Numbered from the stretch's first letter, positions 9,376 to 22,723 are shown. The stretch is 64,000 nucleotides of DNA from Bigelowiella natans CCMP2755 (GCA_000320545.1 ADNK01001325.1:1-64000); one strand, 5' to 3'. Notes: a model not told the origin generated them from the letters alone. Numbers and translations: made by a program.

Positions 9376-10800
9376 TTCTTTCTTTCTTTCCAACACGGCG
9401 GCAACCAGCGTGGAGAACTGTCGTCGTGCAAAGTCAAGCAGCATCCAGTCCAGCTGGGGCTGGAATCGCTTTCAGGGCTCTCTGAAACTTCCGATCCACT
9501 CGCACCTCGCTGGCTAGCTAGCTCGCATCGTTCAGGTTGAACAGAAACAAACGAGTTCTCCGAAGCTTCCGCTCGATTTCCTCCATGACTTCTCTGTTGG
9601 ACCGAACATTGGCAACGCGTGCAGAAGCACGTCCGCCCCGGAAGAGACCACGCCGCTGGAAGAAACAAACACATTGGCAAAGGAAAAAGAAAGAAAGAAG
9701 AAGTGTTTGGAAGGGGTCACGAAGTGCATCGACGCGTCGATCACCAACACGCTTGCTCATTCTGGACAGGCAAACAATTTGCCATCACCTTTCCGTCCTC
9801 GAAAAAAGTTTTTCATTCAAAGTGAACGTCGGGATTTTTGCCTCAAACCTTGGAAAAATCGGCTTCATGCAGGGACCATGTGGTCCCTGTGCGTGCATGC
9901 GCAAGAGAACACATGCACCCATGCACACCACATGCATGCACTTGAAAAGCACGCATGCTCTGTTCATGTCCACACATGCACACAAACAAGCCACGACACA
10001 TGCACCAAAAATTGCCAAATGCAACTGCAGTGTGTGCAGTTTGCACGCAATGGCACGCAGTTGCGCAACCTGGCACACCACGACACACAATTGCAGGTGC
10101 ATGTGAAGCAGGTGATGCACGTGTCGCAGACGGCATGCACGTGCAGGGACCATGTAGTCCCTGCATTCATCTGCAGGCGATTCCGTGCACGTCGTCATCT
10201 AGTCGTGACTCGTGACCTGAGCCCCTCGTGCACAGCGGCTGGCTAGCTGGCTGATGAGTGACAGCCCCCCATCTGCAGGTGATCGAACTAGCGAAGACTG
10301 CCTTGTCACCAATTGTTTGTCACGTCACTTCCCTTCGCGTTTGCACAGCTCATCTGGAGCTGGTTCACGAACAAGCCCTGCAGCTGTCAGAAGAACAGCA
10401 TGCTAGCATGACAGTCCTCTCACAGCCAGACTCACACCAGCTCAGCGCGGCGGCAAAGCCAGCCCGTCTGACGACCCTCGCTCGATCCTTGTTCCAAGCT
10501 TGCTGTTGCCATGCTGGCCTGCGTGCCACGTCTTCATCCATCATCAGCACTGAACAATGCTAGAATGCTAGCTGCATGATCGATGAGGCATGGTGCGTGG
10601 CTCAGGTTGAACAATGTGAATGCCAGATGTCATGTGCCAGCATGGCGCTTTGCAGTCACACGCATGACAGCAATTTGGATGCTGATGTGCGTCTGCTAGG
10701 GCACGTTCGTTGCCCCCCGCCACGCCAGCACGGCTCTACGGCTGTGTGCCGTGTAGCTCTAGAGTTGGCCCGATCCTGTCAACAGGCATGCTAGCAAGGG
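9360..10800. other. TpA-depleted hypermutated domain
   Basis: Remaining TpA are almost all in CTAG, with a few GTAG/CTAC. Long alternating CA/TG/CG tracts. Confidence 0.88.
9868..10165. mobile_element. Putative MITE relic with self-palindromic 20-bp ends (Tc1/mariner-like TA|CAG...CTG|TA)
   Basis: CAGGGACCATGTGGTCCCTG at 9870-9889 and CAGGGACCATGTAGTCCCTG at 10144-10163, flanked by TG or CA. Confidence 0.5.
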
Positions 10801-11472
10801 ATTCGCCAGTTCGCAAGCATATTCAGGATCGTGGACAGAATGCACAGTTTGGCAGTGCCGCACATCTTTGTGCCATGAAGCACCACCTAGAATGAAAATG
10901 TAACACCAACACTACTAGACTAGCTCACATGCGTGCATGAATGCAGGCGATGGCTAAGAGTTCATTTCAGAGGGCTCTGATCATGGACGACGCGCACACT
11001 GTGATTCCATCGCCTGCTCAACTGATGCCGCACTTTCTCGTAATCTATTCTGCATTAAATTTTTATAGAAACATTCACATTGTGAACATGTAGCCTGACC
11101 ATTTTCATTATCTGGTTAGTTCATCAAAAGTTTCATTATCTGATTAATTCATCAACATTTTCATGTATTTTCTTTCGACATGCCTCGCGTGCTATCAGCT
11201 GTCAACCAGTGCACTTGCTGCCGCGGACACATCTGAAGAAGATAGACACACAAATCTTCTAACATTCCCTGCCACCAATTATCATAACATTAGTATTGAA
11301 GCTTATGTGGAAAAGGAGTGAAACGCAGCCGCATGAGTGGCAAGCACTGCCAGATCACAGTATTCTTAGCCCCTCGTTCGGGCGAATAAGCAACAAATAC
11401 TCATGCGAAAATCAATAAAACCGGAAGAAATTAGGAAAAATTGAAAATGAAATCAGGTATTACATAGAACAC

Positions 11473-11930
11473 AAAAGACACGTATTATTAAATGCTGCCC
11501 TCAAGGAAGAGACGAACGGACAGACTGATTTCTTGTCTTTCAAGAAGAACTATTGAATGTAAGGGTATTTTGATTCCAAATGCGAGCATTGGTGACTCGC
11601 ATCCGGCAGTATGTACCCTAAACTTTCTTCGCCTTTTTGAGTCCTCGACACAGCATGATGCTGGCCAAGGGGCTGAAAGGCGTTTCTCAAGGTTTTGCAC
11701 CAGAAAAATTAAGAAAAAGACACGTATTATTAAATGCTGCCCTCAAGGAAGAGACGAACGGACAGACTGATTTCTTGTCTTTCAAGAAGAACTATTGAAT
11801 GTAAGGGTATTTTGATTCCAAATGCGAGCATTGGTAACTCGCATCCGGCAGTATGTACCCTAAACGTTCTTCGCCTTTTTGAGTCCTCGACACAGCATGA
11901 TGCTGGCCAAGGGGCTGAAAGGCGTTTCTC
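11473..11930. repeat. Recent tandem duplication, period 242 bp, just downstream of the TBC gene
   Basis: Two copies of about 215 bp differing at two positions. Confidence 0.95.
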
Positions 11931-12055
11931 GAACGATTATCTTCCGCTCTGTATTTTTTTATCTGTGTTTAATTGTATCATCGTTTTACCGACCTAACTT
12001 ATGCTTATCGAAGTCGTTCTCTGCCCTCGAGTGAGCTCTCGCCATCCTTATGACG

Positions 12056-13945
12056 TTAATTTTTTACTTCTTCCTGCGAGCCGGTTTCGTTATCACAACC
12101 ACTCTCTATGACTGTCGTCCGTGCTTCCGTAGCTGAGCGTCGAGCGTCCACTTCCTGTCGTATCTTTGATGCTCCCATTCCCCCCACATTAATCCTTTTC
12201 TCTTCAATATTCTTTGTCTGGTGTTCCTTCCCACTTGCCACCTGTGTCGAGTTCGGTACTGGAAAGTTAGCGTCAGCGGAAGGAATAGAGGACGTCGAAA
12301 GTGGGGTTATTATAATATTGCTGCTGCTGCTGTCAAGCTTTAATATCTCCTTCCTCTTCTTCTTTTTTTCCTCAATTGGGCGTTCACAGCTAGGAGTAGA
12401 GCCACAACTATTGCTAACTGTGCTAGTTGCTGCTGCTACGGCAGCTCTAGATGCTGCGATTGAGAAATGTGTGTTAATGGCGGTAGAGTTGTTGCTTGTA
12501 TTGCTGCTGGTACCGCTTATTACAAGTGCTGCTGCTGCTACGTTTTCCCCATTTTTAAGCGTTTTCGCTGCTTCTATTGTTGAAGATAGCAACGGTGTTC
12601 CTCTAGCGAGGGACGTTGTTGAAATCGTCGTCGTTGTTGTCGTCGTCGTCGCCGTTTGGCTTACTTCAGAGGTGCTGGTAGTTTCGGCAATCTTCATCGT
12701 CTCACCTGGCTTTGGACTAGCATTTAACAAAGCTCGACGCTCGTCGTCACCCTTGCTTGTACCTGTGCTATTGGTCTTATTCTTCTGATCCTTCCTATTC
12801 TTGTTATCATGTTGTTCTTCATCTTGGAGGTGGCCACCTTGCTCGTCGATGAACTTTTGTTCGAGGACCCTGAATTCTTCGAGAGTCAGACGGACCTGTA
12901 ACGCGCGAACGATCAGCTCCTCTGCATCAAGTTCCTTGTGGGCCTAATTCAATTGGATTCAATTCACTTAATCAACACCACGCAATCGATCACCCCAACA
13001 GTCTTTCCGGAAACATTTTTATTATAATCTTTACCGTTTGTAGCTCGTCGATAATCTGCTCGAACGACAACTTCAACAAACGATTCTCCTTCTGAAAGGA
13101 TCAGTCACGTGAACAAAGGGAATTATATATTTTGCATCAGGTAATATTAGGTTCATTTTAGTGCTTTGGTTAACATTTGGTTCAATGTCGAATATCTATA
13201 GTATCATTGACACAGAGGAATCATGCTAAAGAGAGATCCAACCACTCAACTACACGACAACACCTGTATCATTATTGCCATGGCCACGCGAAAAATGATG
13301 CGAGGCCCTTCAAATAGAAAAATGTCCCACACCCGATTTACGACCTGAACACATAACGACGCGTCTGGATCATCAATCATCACCACCACCATCATCATCA
13401 TTATCACTACTAAAATCTTTGTAGCGCCAGCGTAGCCAACGTAAAGAATGGAGAATAAAAGGATGCACAAGTAAGGACGGGGTACAGGAAAACTGAATAC
13501 GTAGCAGATTTAGATCACAGTATAGGAAGGACTGCTACTACCTCAAGAGGGAAGTTGCAAGAGAACACCGTGATAAACCACCTATCATTAAAGTTAAAGC
13601 ACATTGCCTATAATCACAAACTCGTCAATTCTCTTCTGCTTCCACACGTACCACACACACAGACAGCCCCACCCACCCACCCATATAAACATTACATGCA
13701 TTTCTATCTTAGCGGGTGGCCTTTCTACTAATACTTCGGCAAAGTAGCGACGGACTACTTGGTTCAAGCACCGCGAAAATCGATTTTATTTGGAAGCAAA
13801 GGTGTTGCAGCAGATCAAAAGATGACTATCTCAGCAACCAACCAGTAGGTTCAGAATTTTGCCTCCATACACAATAGCACGGGAGTTTATTCTTCATTTA
13901 CTATTTTCCCCCTTCAATCACCTTCATTTTTCCTTCACAAGCATA

Positions 13946-13992
<47 letters not shown>

Positions 13993-14018
13993 TGTTCCTC
14001 CCTCTTCTTCTTCTTCTT

Positions 14019-14049
<31 letters not shown>

Positions 14050-14484
14050 CTGGAAGCGTACATGCTGGAGTGAATTCCCATAAGCTGCAAGTGCTCAGCG
14101 AGTCGGGGAACATGACTGCACATCATCACACAAACGGATAAGAATATTATCACTTCTTTGCGAAGTACAAAAAGAGTGTGTGGGGAAGTAAGTGCCCTAG
14201 CACTTACTACTGGGCGTAATCTACCTGGAGAGCAGGGTCTCGAAAATGAAGAAGTATCGAGACAGTAACGGCATCTTGAGAGAGGGAAATGAAAAGTATG
14301 TTTACCAATGATGATAACCATGATTTACAGGTGTAGCAGTACAAATACAACCTTATTTGAGAATAGGCCGCTCATGGAAAATTTTCGGGGGGAGATCAAT
14401 CCAACCTAGTTTGACAGAGTTTTAAAATACGGGAGATTTTTTACTTTTGGCAAACTCAAAAAAATTTCCCCCCCCCCCCCCCCT

Positions 14485-14517
<33 letters not shown>

Positions 14518-15789
14518 TTTCCTGCATGCAAACAATGTCCAGCAGCTCTTCCTAATTGAATTAGTAACAGATAATTACTAGCGTCCAGAAGACGGACTCC
14601 TCATCCATGTAGAGAAGAAGCAGGCCAGCAATGAATCCCATCCCTTGACAGTAGCCGACATTTTCATCGTACAGAGAGTAGGCCTAACATTGAATAATAT
14701 ATCTCATTCTCGATAGACACCTCACATTTAACGAGTAGCCGCATCTGCGAAGTATGAGAACAGTTGCACAAGATGATACCTTGAGAACATTGAAGAGGGA
14801 CGTCTGTCCTAGTCCTTGTCTATCGCGGAACATTACGTGCTTGGGAAAGGTTCGGTCAACATCTTGAAGCGGAAGAGGTTTCCAGAAAAATAAGAAAGGA
14901 GGGGGAGGTGGGAGGGAGGGAGAGAGAGACTATCATTTCTAGTGACAATTCTGGAAAATAAGTGTCTTTAGATTGCCCTGCTTCTGCTCAATATGATCAT
15001 TATTACCTCGTTTTATCATCCCACTCCACGGTGAATCACCAGATAACAACAAGGAACGATACACTCCTGAAACATGCACTCGGTATTATCAGAGAAAATA
15101 TGAGAAGAGAACGGAGGGTGAGGAGTGGAACTGCACATTTTCCATACCTGGATTCTTTTTCTCCAACACGTCACTTCCTGCCACAATTCTCCAGAGGAAG
15201 CCTCGATAGCGAGCAGGCAGACCTTGACGCACACGTTTTTTCACCTGTTGATAGATGCCGTAAAGATCGAATGCTTTCCCCTTAGCCTGTCAATATTCAC
15301 CTTCGTCGGGAACTTCATGGAATACTCTTCCCATGTTTTGTAGCGAACCAAATCCCTCCAGTTAAGGAGCCTCAGTTGCTCTTTGAGTTTGTAGTGCTCG
15401 AACTTCATCTCGTAAAGTTCTGTATCTACACATTTGCGCAGTGCCTCCGGAATACGTCTAAAGGCAGAATAAACATCGGTGAAACTCGAAGGTTTTGATC
15501 TTTATGATAAGAAGTGAAGTTGCGAACGAACACTTACGCTTTCTCCTTCACGTAAGCCTTCAGGTCAACCTCCAGTTTATGAATCCGCTTCTTCAGACTC
15601 AATTTCTGGACCTGTACTGACATGATGGTCTAACACGGCCACCTTCTTCTTCTCCTCCTTCGCTTCCTCCTGAAGATTCACAATCGCATGCTCTACTAGC
15701 CTCGAAGTGGTGTCTATGCTTTCGCTGCTCTACAGCTACAACAAGATCTATTCTGTGCACTTGATGTTTATTACTTGCTTGATTCTCAT
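12056..15789 (-). CDS. TBC-domain Rab GTPase-activating protein, multi-exon; 5' end uncertain (15623 or 15789)
   Basis: [18 protein letters not shown]-finger DVDRTFP, Q-finger [30 protein letters not shown] and [10 protein letters not shown], followed by a low-complexity C-terminus. Confidence 0.92.
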
Positions 15790-15900
15790 ATTATAATGCA
15801 ATATGTGCAAAGTCGCTTGGTCAAAATGTTATAAATTATAACAATAAAAATCGCATTGGATGATAGCACTACGGTAAAAAAACGATGGACAGTGATCATC

Positions 15901-15992
15901 ATCAACTCGGAGAGATCCTTGGAGACTCTCTCCCTGCAATAATGGAATCAACTCGGAGAGATCCTTGGAGACTCTCTCCTTGCAACAATGAA
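15901..15992. repeat. 46-bp tandem duplication in a short divergent intergenic region
   Basis: atcaactcggagagatccttggagactctctccYtgcaaYaatgRa occurs twice. Confidence 0.9.
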
Positions 15993-16084
15993 ATCATGTT
16001 CCAAATCAAATTGTTCAAATTGTTTTGGTCGATGGCCTGTTGGATAGGGGCAGCACAGGGATTACGTTAGCATCTCGTGGAAAC

Positions 16085-18196
16085 ATGACCGCGATCCGTG
16101 GACTGTCAAGGCGGGGAAGCTTAATGCTGGTTCTTCTCCTCGCTATGGGGCAACATCATCCCCAGCAGACACAGGTTGCTGCATCTTAAGTAAATTGTCG
16201 TACGTGATTTGATCCCTTACTTCATCATATATTCTAGGTAAGCAGCTTATTGAATGATCCACGAATCGTCAAAAGCAGTTGGAGAAGAGTGACAGTCGAT
16301 GTTGCAGGGCGCCAAGGAGGCCCAGAAAGGTTTCAAGTGGGGGTGATTGACCTCTATTTTGACCGCCCGATGTTTTACAATGGTTCGTTATCGCTTATGG
16401 ATCTCAACGCCTTTATGCTACGCCATCGATTTCATCGCCAAATTATGTATGGTGCATTTGAGCTTCGGTGTCCTCACCATACCTTCCCTTCACACCCTAT
16501 TGATAAAACTCAATGTCCCGTTGGCTCTTCGGGTTCCCACCTTTCTTATGCGGCATTTCTCATGCCCCTTCCGGTTCCTCGAACGACAGAATTCGTATGG
16601 CTGCGCCCACTTGAGGCTTTATATCCAAATGGCTATATGAACTGGAACCGCATTTCCCTCGCACTACTGCATTCTCACCAGCACCTCACTGAGCAGGGGT
16701 CTGCAGCTCCCACTGCGTTTGTTTTGAACGACGACTGTGATAAAAGCTGCTCTTTTCATTTTCTCAATTTGGAGGAACAACGGTGGCATTCTAAGCGCCC
16801 TTGGTCCCTTACATCTGCCTCCGGAAGGCCGCCATCTAAACAGCAAATAAGATTGGATCTAGATTGCAGCAATGATCCAAAGTTCTTGGTGGTGGACGAG
16901 ATGAAACTAAAGAGGCATGCCATGCAACCAGAAGTCACGTCACCATCTTCCTCTATGCAACAAGAAGTCACACCTCCATCTTCCTCCTCCTCTTCCACTT
17001 CTTCCCCCCCCTCTCTGCTTCAAACGACCTCGTTGATTAAAGCTAAGTCTGGAGTAGGCATTGTAGCTACAAGTTTAGCGTACGTGATGGATGAAATTAC
17101 GCATTTAGTGCCATCCGACCTGATCATCACTATGGACGATGCAGTTACGAAAAAGTCCGTAGAGCTCGCTGCTGGTAAATTTCCAAAATCTCGAACTAAA
17201 GCTAAATTTCCTGTACAGCCCAAAGAACCCAAGTTCAGAGAGTTAATGTCTAGAGCTGTTACTAAAGATATGACAAATATCTCCTCTTCGGCCTCGTCCT
17301 GGGCTTCTGGAGACTCTTCGGTGCTTGGAGGAAAGGATGACAAGGAGCTGGGAGATAATGAGGAGGAGGAGGAGGATAACTTTGACGAAAGCATGTACGA
17401 AATTAGATATATAGAAGACTTTGACCTGCAGAAAACTCTAGCTCGGCATTTCCGTCAAGCTAGAACCTCGTCGCATAATCCGAGGATTGTCGCTAAACCA
17501 AAGCTTTATCGATTTCGATCAATGAGTAACGGTAGCAAAATTCTTGCGAACAGAGATGCAAAATCGAGCAGGACGTCGTCGGAAAAAAGGGGATTGCCTA
17601 GTGTTATGTCACTTCAGCTCAAAGTTGATATGTCTTCCAAGTTCGGCATGCTCACTAATGCTCTAGCAAAGGATGCAGTCGCTGTAGTTATGCAAGGCTT
17701 GGTGGAGGATGTTGTGCAGTGGTTCACACAAGAAATGTCGCGACGGATGCACGATTACCTCGCTCCACGTCTAATTAACTACTGCCGGGAAGAGACTGTT
17801 GATATACTAGCATTTACGTTAATAAAAGGGCTCAATAAGACTTTAATGGAAGTCCCACAAAAAATAGCCAAGAAAGTTCAGGAACCTATTGTCAAAAAGC
17901 TCAAGGTAACAATGAGTCAGACTTTAATCCGCTCACTAACGCACGGACTTGGCAACTCCATCTCACAGTCTTTAAGCTACACAAATCTCCACTGCGCATT
18001 ATGTAGTAGCAAGGGACTCTCGGATCACTGCGCCCGGTGTCCTGAGCCCTCCATGAAAGTTCACATGGCTCAAAAGGGCAATATGTACAACCTGGATTAC
18101 TATGCGAGCTATTTCAGCGACTACTACTCTCAACTGATACTCTCAGAAAATGAAGTGTATAAAGATGTGGGGAAAACCTTCAAGCCACCAACATGA
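16085..18196 (+). CDS. Uncharacterised protein with a possible signal peptide and a Cys/Tyr-rich C-terminal motif
   Basis: Exon 1 MTAIRGLSRRGSLMLVLLLAMGQ..., an intron at about 16175-16237, then the 648-codon ORF. The C-terminus carries CALC...CARC...YYASYFSDYYS. Confidence 0.75.
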
Positions 18197-18228
18197 TAAC
18201 TGTCTCCCTCTCCCTCTCCCCCCCCCCC

Positions 18229-18269
<41 letters not shown>

Positions 18270-19047
18270 TCTGAAAATGAACGGGATGAACGAGTTACAT
18301 TTTATGGAAGGTTTTATTGAGTAATGAAATACGGATCGATGAAAAATGACAAATTCCGACACGGTGCACACTGGGTCAGATTGCTTACATCTCAACATAG
18401 TAGAATCGATGCATTGTTCGTTGGCTTGCAGGATCGAAAGCGCGCGCGTTACCGGTGTGAATTTCTAAATTGTCCTGCTGCGAATGCTGCGCTCGCGTCA
18501 TGACGCAACGACTGCATTCGTGAACAATGTTCGATCGCGCAATATGTCGAAGTGTACGACCGCAAAAAGCGATAATCGGCATGTGGACGAGCGCCATCAC
18601 ATGAATGTCAATAGTGTAAGGCCACATGGCCAAGTCTAGCGAGTCTAGGAGTGTTCTTCTAGCTCACCGACAGCAATAATAGTATTAGTGCTCTCCTACG
18701 CGTGTACTACGCATCGCAAGCATTCCAGACTCGAATGCCAATATGGATGGAAGTATAATAAGCCATTTATTGATATCATATGACCGGGACATATGCTACA
18801 TGCTGTGCATCGTTTCGAGAAGGTGAGGACTTTGCCATACCTTAGCAGATACATATGCATCGTATACACGCCATGGCATGCACGCTGCTACGTGTGCGTG
18901 CGTACATGCGTCTACTAGACAAATGATGGTGGCCCTATGCTACGTATCGTTGTGTAACACTCGTATGTCGATTGCAATTTCAGGTCACTTCTACAGAATG
19001 TTAGAACCCTATCTGAAGCATAGCAAAATCGATTAAATCTTTGATTT

Positions 19048-22043
19048 TTAATGAGACTCTATATCTGAACCAAGAAGTAGTCTAACATCGTCAATCTGAG
19101 GAACGATATCCGGGCCCAGGCTAAACCTAACTCCCACAACGGCACAATTGCAGAGTTTGTATGTCATGAAATCCTTGGCCACTTGTTGATTGTTTTTCCG
19201 GAACGTTTCGCCAAGAAATTGCTGGAAAATGCCACGGATTAGGAAAGAGTGAGATACTAGGATTATATTTTCCTCTTCGCTGAAGATTAAATGAGAAATG
19301 AGGTGATTTAGGCGGGTCGCAAAATCCTCATCCGATTCCTTCTTTTTGTCCCACCATTCATCACTGGCATCATTGTAGTCAACCTCAATGGCTTCTACAT
19401 CTTCAGGCACACCGCCATACAATTTATATAATCTTTCCAACTTATGCTGGAGACGTACAAGGATGTCATTTCCTTTTCGCTTACCCTGTGTATCCCTCCC
19501 ACCAAAGTTCCGTCTTTCTCGTGCACTTGCCAAAACCTTCAGTACGGTTTTGCCATCATGGAGTCTGGGATGGTGCATCAATGCGATGACCGCAGTCTGT
19601 AGTGCCCTTGTTAATGGAGAGGAATAAACCGAGTCAGCTTCAATGAATCTTTCCAAAAATTCATTCTGGCTTCGAGGAGTGTCCCCATTTTCAATTGCGA
19701 CACGAATCTTGTCGGCAAGGCTTTCTGCCTGTAAGCGGCCGGCATTGCTTAAGCCATGATCAACCTTCTTCATCATATTTACCACCTGCTTCTTCTCTTG
19801 GGCCAGGTTCCATTCAGACTCTCCATGGCGAATGAAGAATACATACTTGGGACGGGGATAGAACTTACTCACGGTCAGGCTAAGAGTACACTTCGTATTG
19901 CCAGGTTCTTTCGGGAGGTAAACAGGGACGGTGGTCGGAACTCCAAACTTAACTGACTTCAACGGTATACTTGCAGAACCTATTTCCTCCTTTTCCTCCT
20001 GTAAAAGAACTGCGTAGAGATGTTGGGATTTGATGTCTGCAGACTGCGATGTCGGCATGAGGATGCGAGGGGAGTTCCAAATTGGGTTTTGCGTCTTGTA
20101 CTTCTGCTGCCAGTGCACAATGGATGATCCCTCATGGCCATCTAATGATGAGCGAAGACTCATTTTGACTGATATTCCATAATCACGTGAGCTGGAGTGT
20201 TTATTAAGTGGCAGATTCGATACGTTTTGCAATGTGACTACAGTTTCTCCACGTCCAACAAAGTCTTTGATAAGAGAGATATTATCGACTTTGGAAGTGG
20301 ATCGGGAGTTTCGAGAATTTGTTCTTCGATTCCGAATGTGATGTCCTTTTCTAGTAGGACTGCGCGAAGGTGCAGGAGAGCCTCCTATACTAGCAGTGCC
20401 TTGCTTATTTAATTTTGCCCGAAAGACCTTGGGAGTTTTCCCTTCGACGGCAGTAGGGGATTTGTTTGACACTAATAGCTGGTCTCTGGGCATTATTGTA
20501 ACGTAGTTTCCTGGGAAGAAACCAATTTTGCCATTCAATTCTCCTGTCCACCATCCGGATTTATCTTGCTCCAGGATAATTATTTTGTCTCCAATACGAA
20601 AGCTCAAATCTTTTTCATTATCCGATGCATAATCCCACTGGGCAAGCCCTATGTGCTCCTCCTCGGTATTATTATCATCTGCTATTGATTTTATGTAGTC
20701 TCGTACCTCATCAACCGATTCGATGGTGGATTTTGGGCTAGTGTTGTCTGTTCGGGCGCTTCTCGGTGACTTCTCACGCTCTTTTAACACACTTTTGTTT
20801 TCCCAAGCGTTGCTGCCGCTAGCAAGGTCGAAGGAGTGGCACGGTAAACCTGTAGGTATCTCTTGTGGTGGCCCAGCCTCTCCATAAATTTTTACCCATT
20901 TCATCATCATATGTTGAAAACTTTTTTCCACACTCTCAATTTGGCTATCTCCTTTGAAGTCGTTGCGCAAGACTTCTGATACCTGAAGACTCGAGAAGAA
21001 CGCCGTCTTGAAAGCAACTAAACTGTCTCTCATGATTCCAATACGATTTTTCTCGAGATCCTCAAGGGTTTCACACCATTGTTTCAATTCCATATTGTAG
21101 AAATCCCGGTAAGCTTTATTCACCTGTAAGGTTTGACTTGAGAGTTCGACTAAAGACATAATGAATGATCCTCGTAATCTGTACAATCATGTACTACCTC
21201 GCACACAAGCTTTTCGTGGTCTTGAAACATTTTGTGGACCTTTGCTTTACGTTTGAAGTTTGCTTTTTCCTGATGCAATTGCTGCCAACCCTGATTTGAA
21301 TAAAGGGCTATGTTAGCAATAGTGTAATTTGGTCGAGATTCGAGTACGAACTTTTAAACAGTTTCCGAGATTTTTGCGAACGTCTTCCCTTCTTTTCTTG
21401 ATTCTCTGAGTTGCTTCATTGTATATTCTAGATATTTTCTTGACAGTTTTATCTGGAATTAGGTCACAGTTTTATCTTAATGAAATTAAAAGAAAACAAT
21501 GACTTCCACACCAGCACTCTTGATGTAGTCCACAATAGGGCCAACTACCAACTCGTTAACCTACGCAGGCATGCACATTATCTGTCATAATTTAAAATAT
21601 TTTGAGATTTAATGTTGACCTGCCGATATTCTTGTAAACGAATTTTACATGTGCCCTCTACGACGATCTGAACACTCTCGATCGCCTAGTTTGGAGTCAT
21701 AAATGTGATAGGTATTAGTCTTCTTCAGCAATAATTCGAAAATGATCACCTGATTGACATCTGGTGAGGCATCAAAACTCTGCTTCTCGCGGTTCCGATC
21801 TATAATCTTTTTCACTCCCTTAAAACATGCATTAATATCTTCAGACACCACACACCACAATCATTTTAGGTTTTAAACAGAGAATGGCACCATTTCTGCC
21901 TCCGCATGCACAGCCAGGAGCTTTTTAAGGAAAGAACTGAAGGTATCCAAGGTTTCCAAGCCGGCATGCAATTGTTTTAAAAGAACTGGAAAATGGTGCG
22001 CCAGGTCCATGTAGTGGTGGTTCGCATTACTTGATTCCGACAT
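19048..22043 (-). CDS. F-BAR(FCH)-SH3-C2-like-histidine phosphatase multidomain protein
   Basis: N-terminal exons LETLDTFSSFLKKLLAVHAE plus coiled coil. SH3 AQWDY...DLSFRIGD...SGWWTGELNGKIGFFPGNYV. C2-like KYKTQNPIWN...IGSASIPL. Phosphatase FIRHGESEWN, YSSPLTRALQT and LVSHS. Confidence 0.88.
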
Positions 22044-22723
22044 GGTTTATGCTCTCTTCCACTGGAATATGATCTAGGGCAACCTCCCACTGTCGATGAT
22101 GTATTTCTTTGCGCTAAAATCCTTTTTTTGATAATCTCAAGAGATGGTTCTTATCATTTTGTATGCTTCTCAGAATGTTGTTGTTGTTGCTGAACTTGCA
22201 TTCCAATTCTCGCCCCCATAATCCATTTAACGAGGTCTCCCCGCTTCTCAGTGAACGTGTTAGTTAGATCTAGTTACTAGTTACTGGTCGTAGCGAAGGA
22301 AGAGAGTTCTCTTTCTCCCTTCTCTTCTTTGGTTATATGTTGTTGATGAGTGTGAGTTCTCCTCTCCTCGTAGAGCCTACTACTATTCACTTACTACTTC
22401 ACTTAGATCTACTACAGAACAGCAGGCGTTTCAACTTAAAATGCATCATTATCATCATCATAGTCATCATCATCGGGAGTTTTACAAATGCGACAACAAA
22501 ATCTACGTGGGACTCGCATCTACTGCCAACTTCTACTCAACGACAACTATTTGATGAAGAAGACGCATCGTCGCTGGTGGCTAACATCCCCCATTTCATG
22601 ATAATTGTGCAGGCTTTCCGAAAAGGCGCGAAGGCGTTGTGGACGTCAGTCTTACCTGGATTCGAGTTGGTGTGAGGTAAAGATCGGTTCCTTTATCCCC
22701 GAAGATCTATCAATCCTTCAGCG

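Noticed and set aside
11473-11930. Direct repeats as a CRISPR array or solo LTR pair
   Set aside because: Only two adjacent long copies, with no spacer series, TG...CA ends or cas genes, in a eukaryotic context.
12108-12788. 226-aa hydrophobic plus-strand ORF
   Set aside because: Antisense to the low-complexity last exon of the TBC gene.
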